In this document: positions 30,346 through 39,296 of the stretch, piece by piece | Layout of the letters: each line of letters starts with the position of its first letter | Position numbering within the stretch: the first letter of the stretch is position 1 | From: Thermodesulfobacteriota bacterium | GTDB taxonomy: Bacteria; Desulfobacterota; Binatia; Bin18 | Length of the DNA: 64,000 nucleotides | Reading direction: 5' to 3' | NCBI GenBank assembly: GCA_964291405.2 | Contig: OZ219926.1 | Span: 3,712,001 to 3,776,000, forward strand | Translations under genes and position numbers: made by a program | The notes under the pieces: model-generated | The model's database searches: none | Seen by the model: only the letters and a program-made list of their open reading frames with translations | What the model was told of the DNA's origin: nothing

Positions 30346-31482
30346 CTAGCCCTCCGCATCCTGTCGCTGGCTGGCGAAGTATTCGTTTATCGACCGAAGC
30401 AATTCGGGGCGGTCGCTTTGGAAGGGACAGCGGCCTAAACGCTCGGCGACATGGGCCGCTACATAGCTGGCAAAGAGATGGTAGATCAGAGGCGAAAACT
30501 CCTCGCGGACCTCGCCCTGGACAGGCAACACCATGTGAGCATGGCGGGTGACCTGGGTATCGTCTCTGTGCGCCGCGACAATGACCCGTCGGCCTAAGCC
30601 GCGCGCCGTTGCTGCCACGCTCTGCGCCCGCCAATGTGAGCGACCTGGCGGGGCGATGACAAAAACCGGCATGTCCACCGGATAGGCAAAGCGTTCAACA
30701 TGCCACCACTCTTCCAAGTCCTGCCCCATGGAAAAAACACCCGCGGCTTCGATCAGCTTTGCCGCGCCGTAGAGGGCCGTACCATAACTCGGCCCACTGC
30801 CCAGCATGAGCACAACGGGGCTTGCGGCAATCATATCCGCTACCTCCCGACAGCCCGCCTGAATCGCGTTCGTGGTGGCGTCCACAGCATCGGCGAGATC
30901 GACCAATTCCCGGCGCAGACGCTCCGCTTCTTCTTGGGCATACCTGCCTTGCAACTCACCTAACTGAATCGCCGCCAACAGCATTCCCACTAGGCTGGCC
31001 TGGTAGGTTCGAATTCCTGGGGAGCGTTCCTTGTGGGGCAGTTCAACCACGACGCTCCGATCCGTCGCCTGCGTAACCGGGCTGTTGGGCGTGCCGGTGA
31101 GGGCCACGGTGAGCGCGCCGTTCTCTTTGGCGCGTTCAATCGCCTGCACGACGCGCTCGGTACCGCCTGAGGCCGAGGTTGCAATCACGAGGGTCTGCGG
31201 CGGCGCAGCGGGGCGCATCCAGGCTGCCCCATAATCCAGAAAACGTTGGGCACTCAGCGGTTCGCAGGCTACGTCGGCAATGACCTGAAAGGCCATCTCA
31301 GAGGCACATGAGGCATGGTAGGAATCTCCGTCTCCGGTGAGATAGACTTTTTTCACCGCCTTCCATTCCGATGGCGTGAGGACCGCCCGCACCTGCTGCT
31401 CAAACGGGCGGGTCAACTGTCGTAAATCCTCTGCTAAGCCTGTGACCTGCCCGAACATCACCTCCGGTTTGAGTGGCTCCAT
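30346..31482 (-). CDS. Double SIS-domain sugar-phosphate isomerase/deaminase-like protein (GlmS C-terminal/FrlB-like)
   Basis: YLTGDGDSYHA, TSASGGT, ALTG, LGSGPSYGTA, EEWWHVE. Confidence 0.85.
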   Translation of the reverse strand: MEPLKPEVMFGQVTGLAEDLRQLTRPFEQQVRAVLTPSEWKAVKKVYLTGDGDSYHASCASEMAFQVIADVACEPLSAQRFLDYGAAWMRPAAPPQTLVIATSASGGTERVVQAIERAKENGALTVALTGTPNSPVTQATDRSVVVELPHKERSPGIRTYQASLVGMLLAAIQLGELQGRYAQEEAERLRRELVDLADAVDATTNAIQAGCREVADMIAASPVVLMLGSGPSYGTALYGAAKLIEAAGVFSMGQDLEEWWHVERFAYPVDMPVFVIAPPGRSHWRAQSVAATARGLGRRVIVAAHRDDTQVTRHAHMVLPVQGEVREEFSPLIYHLFASYVAAHVAERLGRCPFQSDRPELLRSINEYFASQRQDAEG

Positions 31483-31486
31483 CGTT

Positions 31487-32299
31487 CTATCTCTCTCCTT
31501 CCAGTCCTCGCACGATGTCTACATAGGTCCTCACTCGCTCGATATCAATCTGCCCACCCCAGCCGCCGCGTTCAAGACAGGTGCCAACAAACGCTCCGTC
31601 CGCCGCAGCCAGCAACCGTGCCGCGTTATCGTGGTTGGTGTAGCCCGCTAAAATGATGGGCAGGCCCGGCACGGCTTTTCGCACCGAGGCGATCATCTCC
31701 AGCGTTCTGTTTTCGTCGGGAGCGCCCAACGACACCGCGTCCGCCCCCACATATTTCGCGCTTCGGGCGATCTCCGCGGTCGGCTTTGGCTCGCCAAACC
31801 ATTTGAATTGCATGGAGTCGACTTCGGCAATGACCTTGACATCCCAGGCGTTGATCTTTTTGCGATACTCCATTACGTCGAGCGGATTCGCTTCGACTAT
31901 ACCGTGCGCGGTCAGCGTCGTGCCTACCAGCGCACCGGCCCGAATAAAACTGCCCCCCGCCACCTTTGCCACTGCCACCGACGCTTTGAGCGCATTCCGC
32001 ATCAACTGCACCCCGACCTGGAAGTCTGCGCCTGTAGCCTGGACAATGGCATGCACAATCAATCCCATGGCGGTCGTACGTGCCGGGTCGGATTCGTCTT
32101 TTACGCTGTAAATACGATCGACAGTCTGTACCAGACATCCGTCCGCCCCGCCGTGGTAGAGTGCCTGGGCCGATTTGACCGCCGTCTCAAGGGTTTGGTT
32201 GAAACTGTCGTCCGCGTAAAACACGGCGCCGGGCAGCGGTTGCAGGTGAATCATGCCCAACACGGCTTTACGTTTGCCCAGGGTTGCGAAATCTCGCAT
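31487..32299 (-). CDS. BtpA/SgcQ-family TIM-barrel protein
   Basis: LGMIHLQPLPG, GGADGCLV, VGVQLMRN, ADGAFVGT, IDIERV. Confidence 0.85.
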   Translation of the reverse strand: MRDFATLGKRKAVLGMIHLQPLPGAVFYADDSFNQTLETAVKSAQALYHGGADGCLVQTVDRIYSVKDESDPARTTAMGLIVHAIVQATGADFQVGVQLMRNALKASVAVAKVAGGSFIRAGALVGTTLTAHGIVEANPLDVMEYRKKINAWDVKVIAEVDSMQFKWFGEPKPTAEIARSAKYVGADAVSLGAPDENRTLEMIASVRKAVPGLPIILAGYTNHDNAARLLAAADGAFVGTCLERGGWGGQIDIERVRTYVDIVRGLEGER

Positions 32300-32471
32300 G
32301 GTCAGCCCTCCCCACTCTCTGTTCCGAATACACGCCCCGCGGTGCGTAGCCCCAACTGTGGAATGCTTCTCATGCCGATGTCAAGCTACACAGGTGAACA
32401 GGCAGTGCCGCCTCTAGACAAGCCTGCGTTGGGCGCTATGTATGGTCTTCAACTGTACAAAGGAGGTTTAT

Positions 32472-32873
32472 ATGGGTTTCGAGGCGCTCAACGTCTGGCT
32501 CGATGCCTACGGCAAGGCCTGGGAAAACCAGAACCCGGATGCCGCGTCCGCACTCTTCACCGAGGACGGGACCTATGCCTGGGGTCCGTTCGCCGAGCCG
32601 ATTAAGGGTCGGCCGGCGATCCGACGCGCCTGGGAGACGGCTACCCAGGGGAACCAGGCCGGGATTACGTTCGGTTACGAACCCCTTACGATGACCGAAG
32701 ACGGGCGCTACATCGCGCGCTGGTGGTCATCGATGGAATCCGTGCAGACGGGCCAATCCGTCAGAATGGAAGGGATCTTTCTGATCACGTTGACCGAGAG
32801 TGGCCAGTGTCGTGTGTTTCGGGAGTGGTGGAACGAAGATCCGCCCGCAACTGGAGCCTCGGAGTTCGAGTAA
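32472..32873 (+). CDS. NTF2/SnoaL-like protein
   Basis: WLDAYGKAWE, LFTEDGTY, GRPAIRRAW, FREWW; AGGAGG RBS. Confidence 0.85.
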   Translation: MGFEALNVWLDAYGKAWENQNPDAASALFTEDGTYAWGPFAEPIKGRPAIRRAWETATQGNQAGITFGYEPLTMTEDGRYIARWWSSMESVQTGQSVRMEGIFLITLTESGQCRVFREWWNEDPPATGASEFE

Positions 32874-32959
32874 CTGCTGGCCGAGCGGCATAGAGAGTGC
32901 GGGTAGGCGTGATAGAATGGAACATCCGATTTTTCTAAGACAGGCGAGGAGGTTTGCGC

Positions 32960-33742
32960 ATGAGCACCACGAGAACTTGGATTGATCTTAACAGCGATGT
33001 GGGTGAATCCTTTGGTAACTATGTGCTGGGACGGCCCGAGGAGGTTATGCAGGGGATTAGTCACGCCAACATCGCGTGTGGCTTTCACGCTGGTGATCCA
33101 AGCTGGGTCCGTCGCTCTGTCGAGAGTGCCAAGAAGTACGGTGTGACGGTCGGAGGCCATCCGGGCTTTCCCGACATGCTGGGTTTCGGCCGGAGACTCA
33201 TGCACATCACTCCCCAAGAGGGCAAGGATTATGTTGTGTATCAACTCGGAGCGCTGAAAGCCTTTGCCGAAGCAGCGGGATTGCGGCTTGAGGCGGCCAA
33301 GCCGCATAGTGCGTTTTACGTGTGGGCGCAGCTCAGCGAGGAGAATACCCGAGCTATGCTTGAGGGATTTCAAGCGGTGAACCCGGACATCGTGGCCTAT
33401 CTACCGGTGCTGCCGCACTACCCCGTACTGGAAGTCGCCGAGCAACTGGAGATGCGGGTCGTCAAAGAGTTCTACCCAGGGTTAGGATACAAGGATGACG
33501 GAGACCTGACGTATGGGCACGGCGAGGACAGTGTGGAAGAAGCGGTCCGACTCGTTATGAGAGTTGTCACCGAGGGGAAGGTCACGACCACGGGTGGCAA
33601 AGAGCTTGCGCTTGATGCAGAAAGCATTGCCATATCGGGCGAGTTGATGCAGGCTCCGAAGATACTGCAGGCACTTCGAGAGGCCCTGACCCGTGAGGGG
33701 GTAACAATCCGCAGTGCGCTTCATGCTGCGAACGGCCGGTAA
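32960..33742 (+). CDS. pxpA: LamB/YcsF-family protein (5-oxoprolinase subunit PxpA-like), divergent
   Basis: IDLNSDVGESFG, ANIACGFHAGDP, GGHPGFPDMLGFGRR, YQLGAL, KPH; no pxpB or pxpC nearby. Confidence 0.85.
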   Translation: MSTTRTWIDLNSDVGESFGNYVLGRPEEVMQGISHANIACGFHAGDPSWVRRSVESAKKYGVTVGGHPGFPDMLGFGRRLMHITPQEGKDYVVYQLGALKAFAEAAGLRLEAAKPHSAFYVWAQLSEENTRAMLEGFQAVNPDIVAYLPVLPHYPVLEVAEQLEMRVVKEFYPGLGYKDDGDLTYGHGEDSVEEAVRLVMRVVTEGKVTTTGGKELALDAESIAISGELMQAPKILQALREALTREGVTIRSALHAANGR

Positions 33743-34010
33743 TAGGGCTGAGCTATTACGTCCTCCCCCGCTGGGTGGGGCGATGACTGGAAGGCCTTGT
33801 TTATCACTACATTTGGTGAGATGGGCAGGATGTGGGTGAAAATTCCGGGTATCCCGGTACCACGAGGAGAGGTGTAAGCGGGGAGTAAACAAAGTGGAGA
33901 GGCGGGATGGGGGAGAAACTCGCAAAGGAAAGCCCTTTCCCGTTCCATGCTAGATACAGAATCATTCAGAAAACTTTTCTGGACAGAATGGAAGATAGTA
34001 TGGAAGTAGG

Positions 34011-35045
34011 TTGCTGGAAATGCACGAACTAGACAAGCTCCAGAAGCAACGAGTCGACGTGATCGAAAAAGACTGGCACGACGGTCATGCGATTGAGATC
34101 AATGATATATTCGTAAGCAATCGGGTCCTCGAAAGCTTGGATGAGAGTAAGACCATTGTAGAAGGATTCCGTCTTCCAGAAGTGCTTCCTCTAATTCCAT
34201 TCACACCGACTGTCTACGTAATGGTCTGCCCATATTGCATTGACCATAACAACATCGAGCCGTTTCGTAAGTTGGTACAAACTGGACTAGTCATACCCAT
34301 TCTTCTTGCTCCTTACTATTCGTATCCTGAATCCGTGGTTGACGTACTTTCTGGGCATGACCATATATCCTTTTATGAGTTTTCCTTTTATAGACTTCTT
34401 GCCTTGATGAGTACAAGGGACGGTGTCCTTTGTCCTCATTGCGTCGATAATCGGGAGAATAAATTATGTTTCATCATTAAAGGGAGACGGGGTGCACCGA
34501 GACAACGAAGGGAACTCCACAGAATTGTAGGAAATATCCATCCTTATGTCTTTCCCGACTATGAATTACTTGACGAGGTCGAACGAGCGTTTCGGGACAG
34601 TGACTCGGAGTTAGCGCGGCAGTTATTGGATCTAAGTTTTATCATTCGTGCCACGCGTACCGCGCAAGTTTTTAGTGCCGCGTTATACATGCGGGAGAGT
34701 GATTTTACTCGTATCCCCGAGGGAATCGTGGAAGAGACTGACAAGATGCGCAGAACAGGTTTGGCTCTGCGGAAGATTGTTACTGATGGGCTTGGATTAA
34801 AAGTCCCCCTCGATTTACCAATCGAACAATATGCTGAACTCGTAAGTGACTATCGTCCGAAGATAAAAATCGGGCCTTTACTGTTTCAGCGCTCGTCGCA
34901 GGAGCGCTTGGGCTCGGCGGGAGCTTGGCAGGATGTGCTGGCTCCGTAGCTGCGGGGATAGGTACAGATATCGCTCGGAAAACTGGTAAACTCCGCGGAA
35001 GCAAAGCTGTGAATCGCTTGGGGAGGAAGATTTCGCGATCTGGAT
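34011..35045 (+). pseudogene. AT-rich hypothetical protein with two CxxC motifs, frameshifted before a glycine-rich hydrophobic C-terminal segment
   Basis: ORF 34011-34949 contains CPYC and CPHC; from about 34868 another frame reads NRAFTVSALVAGALGLGGSLAGCAGSVAAGIGTDIARK, which looks like the real C-terminus; 3' boundary approximate. Confidence 0.55.
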
Positions 35046-35186
35046 CCTTCGATGAACGCTCTGATAGCCAAGTACGTTGGTTCAAACGAATTAGCAGTTC
35101 ATGTATTGTCAGTTCGCCAACAGATAGGAAAGACGGACGAACCATAAGATGCCGATCGGATGAGGGGTGCGTAATCCGACACCGTG

Positions 35187-35352
35187 CCTTCGCTGGCGTA
35201 CTCCCGGTGTTTCTACCGGCAAGCCACGGCCGCACCAAGCTAGGTAGAGCTCCAGATGCACGTGGTCGTCAGCCCCGTAGGCCAGGGGTTGGGCGCGAAT
35301 CGCGATATTACACCAGGCGAACATGCGGTGTGTCGATCCCAGAGTTTGCCAG
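35187..35352 (-). repeat. Diverged direct-repeat copy of the soxA 3' end (matches 36095-36260)
   Basis: Gap-free 166-bp alignment; encodes WQTLGSTHRMFAWCNIAIRAQPLAYGADDHVHLELYLAWCGRGLPVETPGVRQ versus WQTLGSTHRMFAWCNTATRAQPLAHGADDYVNLELYLAWRGRGLPVEIPGVRR; CGA where the gene has its TGA stop. Confidence 0.92.
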
Positions 35353-35407
35353 TTCGGATAGTAACTATTTCCTTAGTATAGCATAGACACCGTGCTACTA
35401 TGCTACT

Positions 35408-35701
35408 ATGCTTCAGTCGTTCAAAAACGCTGGAACGGAAGATGTCTTCAACGGCAGACGAACGAAAAACGCAATGAAGTGTTGCCCCCTCTCACTTTGG
35501 AAGGTCGCAGGTCGTAAGCTTGATCAACTGGACTCAGCCGAAGCGCTCGAAGAAATGAAGGTCCCTCCAGGCAATCATTTAGAGGCGCTCTTGGGAGACC
35601 GGAGGGGACAGCATAGTATACGTATAAATGCGCAATACCGGATTTGTTTTACTTGGACACAGACAGGACCAGTACAGGTCGAGATAACTGACTACCATTA
35701 A
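35408..35701 (+). CDS. higB: HigB-type (RelE/ParE superfamily) toxin
   Basis: SFKNAGTEDVF, RKLDQLDSA, PPGNHLEAL.GDRRGQHSIRINAQYRICF, VEITDYH. Confidence 0.93.
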   Translation: MLQSFKNAGTEDVFNGRRTKNAMKCCPLSLWKVAGRKLDQLDSAEALEEMKVPPGNHLEALLGDRRGQHSIRINAQYRICFTWTQTGPVQVEITDYH

Positions 35702-35722
35702 GACTATACAAGAGGAGAAAAC

Positions 35723-36064
35723 ATGGTTCGTATTCCAACCCATCGCTCGCCAACCCATCCGGGAGAAATGCTTCTGGAGGAATTCTTACGCCCTATGAGC
35801 TTAACCCAGCGTGAGCTTGCAGCAAAGCTTCATGTGCCATACCAGCGGATTAACGAGTTGGTGCGAGGGCGGCGCGGCGTAAGTCCGGGAACGGCCTTAC
35901 GCTTAGCGAAGTTCTTTGGTACTTCTGCCGCTTTCTGGCTTAACCTTCAGCTCCGCTGGGACCTGTACCATGCCCAGCGCTCAGAGGCCAAGGAACTGAA
36001 GAGAATTCGGCAATACCCGCTCACCCGGCGCCCTGCCGACTCCATGGAAGAGAGCGTTGCGTAG
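35723..36064 (+). CDS. higA: HigA antitoxin (HTH)
   Basis: PTHPGEMLLEEFL, RINELVRGRRGVS, ALRLAKFFGTSAAFWLNLQ; toxin-first gene order. Confidence 0.93.
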   Translation: MVRIPTHRSPTHPGEMLLEEFLRPMSLTQRELAAKLHVPYQRINELVRGRRGVSPGTALRLAKFFGTSAAFWLNLQLRWDLYHAQRSEAKELKRIRQYPLTRRPADSMEESVA

Positions 36065-36097
36065 CAGGAAGGAGAAAACGCTTTCAATTCCTCCCCT

Positions 36098-37336
36098 TCA
36101 CCGGCGTACCCCCGGTATCTCTACAGGCAGGCCGCGGCCGCGCCAGGCTAGATACAATTCGAGATTCACGTAGTCGTCGGCCCCGTGGGCCAGGGGTTGG
36201 GCGCGGGTCGCGGTGTTGCACCAGGCAAACATGCGATGCGTTGACCCCAGCGTTTGCCAGCTTAGCCGATAGACGGGGAAGCCGTTGGTCTGTCCCTGGC
36301 TGATGACCTCACCCCGCAGGCGTTGCCCGGCATGCTCGTCGTGGCAATGGCTGCACGCCATGTCGAGTTGGCCGCGACGGCGCATGAAGAACGCTTTGCC
36401 CACCTCGAAAAACGGTGCGACCGGTCCCTCGATGTCCACACTCAGCGGCATCCCGCGTGACTGAAAACTCACAAACGCACTGAGTGCCAGCAAAGCTTCG
36501 GATTCATACGGGTAGGCTTCGACCTGAAGCTGTTCTGTCCGACAGCGATTAATCCGTTGCTCCAGATTGATGAGTTTCTCCGTGCGTGGATCGAATTGTG
36601 GGTAGCGGGTACGTACCCCGCGCATACTAGTTGCCGCGTCTCCATGACAACTGACACACGCCTGTTGGCTGTCGCCCTGGGTCTGGTCCCATAACTCACG
36701 GCCACGCTCGACCCATAACATCCCCGGATTGCCAAACGCGTCATTCTGTAGCTGTCGGTGTTCCTCCGACAGATAGGTATAACCGGAGCGACGACCTTCG
36801 ATACCGTACGGGGAAGTCTCGCGCTGCGGACTGCTCGGGATTTGGCCAGCCTCCGTCGCCTGTGGAGCTTCAGAGCGAAGCGTCAGGAGATACGCCACGA
36901 CATCTTCGATTTCCTGTGCGGTGAGGATCGGCTTGCCCCGGTAGGCTTCGAGTACGGAATGCAGACCCGCCACCGTATGATACGCCGGCATGATGGAGTG
37001 CGGGTTCAGCGCTTTGGGGTCTAGCAGTCGCAGGCGCAACTCAGCGGCGGTATAGCGATTCCCGACGTTATCCAAAGGTAACCCTACCGTGCCGTGGAAG
37101 CGGCGTTCGGGCAGCGGCAAGGCATGGCACACCACGCAATCGCCGCGCTCCCGATCGAGCACGATACGCTGTCCTCGCTCCGCGTCGCCGGGCTGTTCGG
37201 TCAAGGGGGTGGAAATCTCTTCATACCGGGTCTGCGGGCCGTCGAACTGCTGATTCTCCTGGGCGTAGAGAGTGCTCAGCACGAGAAGTCCGATCCACAT
37301 CTGGATAACAAAAGCTTTCCAATAGCTTCCGTACAT
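36098..37336 (-). CDS. soxA: Fused SoxX-SoxA triheme c-type cytochrome
   Basis: Signal peptide; SoxX part GDAERG..GDCVVCH..NPHSIMPAY..TAQEIEDVVAYL; SoxA part NPGMLWV, CVSCH, EQRINRCR, GQLDMACSHCH, FPVYRL, WCN, LELYLAWR. Confidence 0.9.
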   Translation of the reverse strand: MYGSYWKAFVIQMWIGLLVLSTLYAQENQQFDGPQTRYEEISTPLTEQPGDAERGQRIVLDRERGDCVVCHALPLPERRFHGTVGLPLDNVGNRYTAAELRLRLLDPKALNPHSIMPAYHTVAGLHSVLEAYRGKPILTAQEIEDVVAYLLTLRSEAPQATEAGQIPSSPQRETSPYGIEGRRSGYTYLSEEHRQLQNDAFGNPGMLWVERGRELWDQTQGDSQQACVSCHGDAATSMRGVRTRYPQFDPRTEKLINLEQRINRCRTEQLQVEAYPYESEALLALSAFVSFQSRGMPLSVDIEGPVAPFFEVGKAFFMRRRGQLDMACSHCHDEHAGQRLRGEVISQGQTNGFPVYRLSWQTLGSTHRMFAWCNTATRAQPLAHGADDYVNLELYLAWRGRGLPVEIPGVRR

Positions 37337-37349
37337 CGTAGCGTCGCCT

Positions 37350-38624
37350 TTACCCAAACGTATCGGCTGTAATATTGGCGTACCATGAGCGGGCGTAGGC
37401 CGCTTCGAGGGCGCGGGTTGTCTCCGGCGCGTTAAGCGGACTCGTGCCGCTCGACCCTGGGACGACCTGAATCGTATCGTTTTCAACGGAATACACGGCA
37501 CTGATAGAGATACCGTAGTCAGGCGCAACCAGGCTGTAACAGGTATTCATCAATGCCGGCTGTGCAACCGGCTCACCCCGGAGCCGGGCGACAATGGCCG
37601 CGGCGCAGCCCTTGGCCTGATTATTGGCGCTAAAGGCGGATTTGGGCATGGGGCTGGCGATGGCTGCGTCGCCAATAATATGGATGTTGGCATGTACGCG
37701 GGATTCGAATGTGCTGCCGTGTACGGGGCACCAGCCCGTACCAGCGTCGAGCCCGTCCACTCGCGTAATCGCTGCCGCGCGCTGCGGAGCAACAATGTTA
37801 GCTACCGCGGGCTTATACTCGTCAAACTCCGTGCGGACGATGCCGGTGCGGGTATCGACCTGGGTGACCCGTCCGCCCTGGGCGCCCGGTACCCATTCGA
37901 GCAGGTTCGGATATAGCTGCTTCCACGCGTCGAGAAACAGCTTGTCCTTGGTGAAACTGTCCTTGGCATCCAACAATAAGACTTTTGATTTTGGCTTATG
38001 GGTTTTGAGATAGTGAGCAATCAAACTGGCTCGTTCATACGGTCCTGGCGGACAACGGTAGGGCGTCTCCGGTACGCTGATCACCACTAGCCCGCCGTCT
38101 TCCATGGCTTCCAGTTGGCGGCGCAGCAGCAGCGTTTGCGAACCGGCCTGCCAGGCGTGCGGGAACACCGTACTGGCTTCGGCATCATAACCTTCTATTA
38201 CGTCCCAGCGCAGTTCAACCCCAGGGGATAAAACAAGCCTGTCATAGGCTAAGGTGCTACCATCACTGAGGGTGAGAATCCGTACGGTGGGATCAATCCC
38301 CTGGGCTTGGGCTTGGACAATCTGCACGCCATAGCCTTCCCGGAGCCGTCGGTAGGTATGAGTCAATGAGGCGAGCGAGCGAAGACCAGCCAGGGCCGCG
38401 TTGCTGAACGGACAAGTGATAAACTGACGCTGTGGGGTCACCAGCGTAACTTCAAGGCTTGGGTCGGCCAAGCGTAGATACTTTGCGCAGGCCGCCCCGC
38501 CAAAACCACCACCAACAACGACGACCCTGGCCTGGGTGTTTGCCCGCGCTCTGCCGGTCAGCAGACGAGCGAAAGGGAGGCTTCCGGCCAGGCTGAAGAA
38601 TTGACGGCGGGTGAAAAAGGACAT
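37350..38624 (-). CDS. fccB: Flavocytochrome c sulfide dehydrogenase flavoprotein (FccB/SoxF)
   Basis: Tat TRRQF; VVVGGGFGG, TCPFSN, PHAWQAG, YRCPPGPYERAS, MPKSAFSAN, NTCYS, C-terminal ADTFG. Confidence 0.93.
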   Translation of the reverse strand: MSFFTRRQFFSLAGSLPFARLLTGRARANTQARVVVVGGGFGGAACAKYLRLADPSLEVTLVTPQRQFITCPFSNAALAGLRSLASLTHTYRRLREGYGVQIVQAQAQGIDPTVRILTLSDGSTLAYDRLVLSPGVELRWDVIEGYDAEASTVFPHAWQAGSQTLLLRRQLEAMEDGGLVVISVPETPYRCPPGPYERASLIAHYLKTHKPKSKVLLLDAKDSFTKDKLFLDAWKQLYPNLLEWVPGAQGGRVTQVDTRTGIVRTEFDEYKPAVANIVAPQRAAAITRVDGLDAGTGWCPVHGSTFESRVHANIHIIGDAAIASPMPKSAFSANNQAKGCAAAIVARLRGEPVAQPALMNTCYSLVAPDYGISISAVYSVENDTIQVVPGSSGTSPLNAPETTRALEAAYARSWYANITADTFG

Positions 38625-38960
38625 CTAGTGCTGTCTGCGTGACCGTATAGCTGCGAAATAGGTTGTTACTGCCTCAATGTCCGCCTCACTCAGCCCTTTG
38701 GCAATCTGATTCATCACCGTCCCCTGACGCTCTTCGGTCCGAAACGCTTGTATGGCCGCTCTGAAATCCTCGGGTGACAGCCCGTCAAGCGCGGGAATGG
38801 CGCCCTGACTCTGCCCGTCAGGGCCGTGACAGGCCGCACAGGCCTGAGCCCAGGCCGCGCCGCGTGCCGGGATGGGGGCTGCGCTCACCAGGGTAGGGGA
38901 TGCCAGCAGGCCTGCCAGCAGGACAAAGAGCTGTTGTGTCAGGACAAGCGACCGTCTCAT
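38625..38960 (-). CDS. Monoheme cytochrome c (FccA-like partner)
   Basis: Signal peptide, CAACHG, GTVMNQIAKG Met ligand; abuts fccB. Confidence 0.88.
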   Translation of the reverse strand: MRRSLVLTQQLFVLLAGLLASPTLVSAAPIPARGAAWAQACAACHGPDGQSQGAIPALDGLSPEDFRAAIQAFRTEERQGTVMNQIAKGLSEADIEAVTTYFAAIRSRRQH

Positions 38961-39280
38961 TCGCTGACCGTGAGCGCTACGCGCTCGGATGTCGTGACTC
39001 CGGTATCGTCTGTCCACACGCACTCCAACTCGCCCGACCCTTCGGCTGTGGTAAAAAACGAGAAATACGGATTGGCGGCAATGCCGGGAAAGAGCTCCGC
39101 GTGGAAAACCTCTGCCCCGTTGTACATGCACCGAACGGTATGCACGATGTTTTTGGGAATCTTCTGGCCCACGTTGTTATATCGGAAGCCCGTTTCCATG
39201 GGGTGGCGGATGAGCAAACGCACCTCAAAGACCGCTCCGCGTTTGACACCCTCAGGGACTTTGATTCTCGCCTTGGTCAT
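38957..39280 (-). CDS. soxZ: SoxZ-family sulfur carrier subunit
   Basis: EVRLLIRHPMETG, IAANPYFSF, WTDDTG. Confidence 0.9.
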   Translation of the reverse strand: MTKARIKVPEGVKRGAVFEVRLLIRHPMETGFRYNNVGQKIPKNIVHTVRCMYNGAEVFHAELFPGIAANPYFSFFTTAEGSGELECVWTDDTGVTTSERVALTVSE

Positions 39281-39296
39281 GCCGTATGTCGCCCGC

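Noticed and set aside
35109-35324. 71-aa ORF as an independent gene
   Set aside because: It is the displaced soxA 3' fragment reading through a mutated stop codon
35187-36260. IS element, integron cassette or prophage around higBA
   Set aside because: No transposase, integrase, terminal inverted repeats or attC-like site seen
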